Below are positions 10,180-11,499 of a stretch of 11,499 nucleotides of DNA, piece by piece. The stretch is from Candidatus Eiseniibacteriota bacterium. Its GTDB lineage: Bacteria > Eisenbacteria > RBG-16-71-46 > CAZEPH01. The translations under genes were made by a program, and so were the position numbers. The stretch is from positions 1-11,499 of the forward strand of contig JBGATO010000107.1 in the NCBI GenBank assembly GCA_044229145.1. Reading direction: 5' to 3'. Under the pieces are notes generated by a model, which saw nothing but the letters and a program-made list of their open reading frames with translations, was not told where the DNA came from and made no database searches. Numbering within the stretch: the first letter of the stretch is position 1; the number at the start of each line of letters is the position of its first letter.

Positions 10180-10787
10180 AGTTCGCGCCGTCCGGTGATC
10201 GCGCTGGCGAGCGTCGCCTGATCGCTGAATTCGAGGTCGCTGCCGATCGGCACGCCGCGCGCGATGCGCGTCACCGAGACACCCAGCGGCCGCAGCACGC
10301 GCGACAAGTAATGCGCCGTCGCCTCGCCCGTCGTGTTGGGGTTGGTGGCGAGGATGACCTCGCGCACGCCGCCGCCACGCACGCGGTCGAGCAGCTGGGC
10401 GATGGTGAGATCGTCCGGGCCGATGCCGTCGACCGGCGCCAGCGCGCCGCGCAGCACGTGATACAGCGCGCGGTAACCGCCGCTGCGCTCGATGGCCACC
10501 ACGTCCACCGGCTGCTCGACGACGCAGATGACGTCGCGCTGCCGCGCCGGATCGGCGCAGATGCGGCAGGGATCGCTCTCGGCGATGTTGCCGCACTCGC
10601 TGCAGAAACCGACCTTGTCTTTGGCGTCGCGGATCGCCTGCACCAGACGCTCGGCATCCTCGCGCCCAATGCGCAGCACGTAGAACGCCAGCCGCTGCGC
10701 CGTCTTGCGGCCGATGCCCGGCATCTTGTTGAACTGGTCGACCAGCGTCTCGATGGTGGTCGAACTGAACTGGACCTGTCCGCTCAC
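10176..10787 (-). CDS. recR: recombination mediator RecR
   Basis: HhH MPGIGRKTAQRLAF, zinc finger CSECGN...CRIC, TOPRIM ICVVEQ...EVILATNPNTTGEATA, RIARGVPIG. Confidence 0.98.
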   Translation of the reverse strand: MSGQVQFSSTTIETLVDQFNKMPGIGRKTAQRLAFYVLRIGREDAERLVQAIRDAKDKVGFCSECGNIAESDPCRICADPARQRDVICVVEQPVDVVAIERSGGYRALYHVLRGALAPVDGIGPDDLTIAQLLDRVRGGGVREVILATNPNTTGEATAHYLSRVLRPLGVSVTRIARGVPIGSDLEFSDQATLASAITGRREL

Positions 10788-10795
10788 GCGCGTCC

Positions 10796-11137
10796 CTAGA
10801 AGAGGCCGGGCGGCAACGGCAGGCCGGCGGTGAGGCGGCCCATCTCGGTCTTCGCCAACTCTTCGCTGCGCTGGCGGGCGCCGTTCACCGCGGCGACGAT
10901 CAAGTCCTCGAGCATCTCGGTGTCGCTCGGGTCCACCACCTGCTTGTCGATCTTGATCGCCAACAACTCCTGGCGGCCGTTCATGCGCGCCGACACCATG
11001 CCGCCGCCGGCGCTGAACTCGACTTCCTTGCCGGCCAGTTCACCCTGCACGCGGGCCATCTCCTCCTGCATCTTCTGCGCTTGCTTGAGGATGTTGCCCA
11101 TGTCCTTCATGCCGCCCATGTTGGGAAAGCCCTTCAC
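10796..11137 (-). CDS. ybaB: YbaB/EbfC family nucleoid-associated protein
   Basis: MGNILKQAQKMQEEM, SAGGGMV, EMLEDLIVAAVN, LPPGLF. GTG 11137 overlaps the upstream stop and follows AAGGAGG; an alternative ATG is at 11119. Confidence 0.95.
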   Translation of the reverse strand: MKGFPNMGGMKDMGNILKQAQKMQEEMARVQGELAGKEVEFSAGGGMVSARMNGRQELLAIKIDKQVVDPSDTEMLEDLIVAAVNGARQRSEELAKTEMGRLTAGLPLPPGLF

Positions 11138-11499
11138 AGCACCTCCTTCTCGTCGAGGACCTCGCCGTCGAACACGTCGAGCACGCGGGCGAGGAGCGAA
11201 TCGGGTTCGTCGGCGGACGCCGCGTGGGCGTCGAGTTCGCTGGCTTCGACGCCGATGCGGCCGGCGACGCGCGCCAGGCTCGCCGGACGGCCGAGCGCGG
11301 CGGTCGCCGCTTGGCGCAGCGCGTCGAGGCGTGCGGCATTCTCGACGCCGGCACGCGCGAGTTGATTCTCGACCGCCAGCGTCAGCACGCCGGCCGCGAA
11401 GTCGAGCACGCGCGCGGTCTCCAGCTGCATGCCGAACGTCATGTCGATCTGGCCGACGCGCTGGACGATGTCGGGCCACACGCGGCGCCACGCGTTGGT
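11134..11499 (-). CDS. dnaX: DNA polymerase III subunit gamma/tau, C-terminal part (partial)
   Basis: The frame is open to the window edge. W...IVQRV...VLTLAV...LLARVLDVFDGEVL resembles tau C-termini. The call rests mainly on the conserved dnaX-ybaB-recR order. Confidence 0.72.
   Translation of the reverse strand, partial: TNAWRRVWPDIVQRVGQIDMTFGMQLETARVLDFAAGVLTLAVENQLARAGVENAARLDALRQAATAALGRPASLARVAGRIGVEASELDAHAASADEPDSLLARVLDVFDGEVLDEKEVL

Noticed and set aside
10176..11143. Recurrent CTGTGA junction at dnaX/ybaB, recR/pgpA and rmlA/rmlD
   Set aside because: Ordinary GTGA stop-start coupling. CTG is a very common G-ending codon in high-GC genomes.

Overview
High-GC bacterial core-chromosome segment, almost entirely on the minus strand. 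In transcription order: dnaX (3' end), ybaB/ebfC, recR, pgpA, cinA, thpR (2-nt frameshift), a plus-strand SpoIIAA/STAS-like gene, recA, an inserted toxin-antitoxin-like pair (decayed DUF4160-like toxin plus intact HTH protein), recX, alaS, long-form rmlA (apparent ATC start), rmlD (runs off the window). The most interesting signals are regulatory. The recA upstream region carries an exact match to the actinobacterial PafBC/RecA-NDp promoter motif (TGTCGG-N10-TA-N3-T) and three TGCAC-N4-GTGCA-type palindromes resembling the Fibrobacter LexA box, one of which sits on the ribosome-binding site of the divergent SpoIIAA-like gene. A toxin-dead TA module with its own operator-bearing promoter separates recX from recA. 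Family assignments come from motif recognition and synteny only, motif consensuses are recalled from the literature, and no searches were run.
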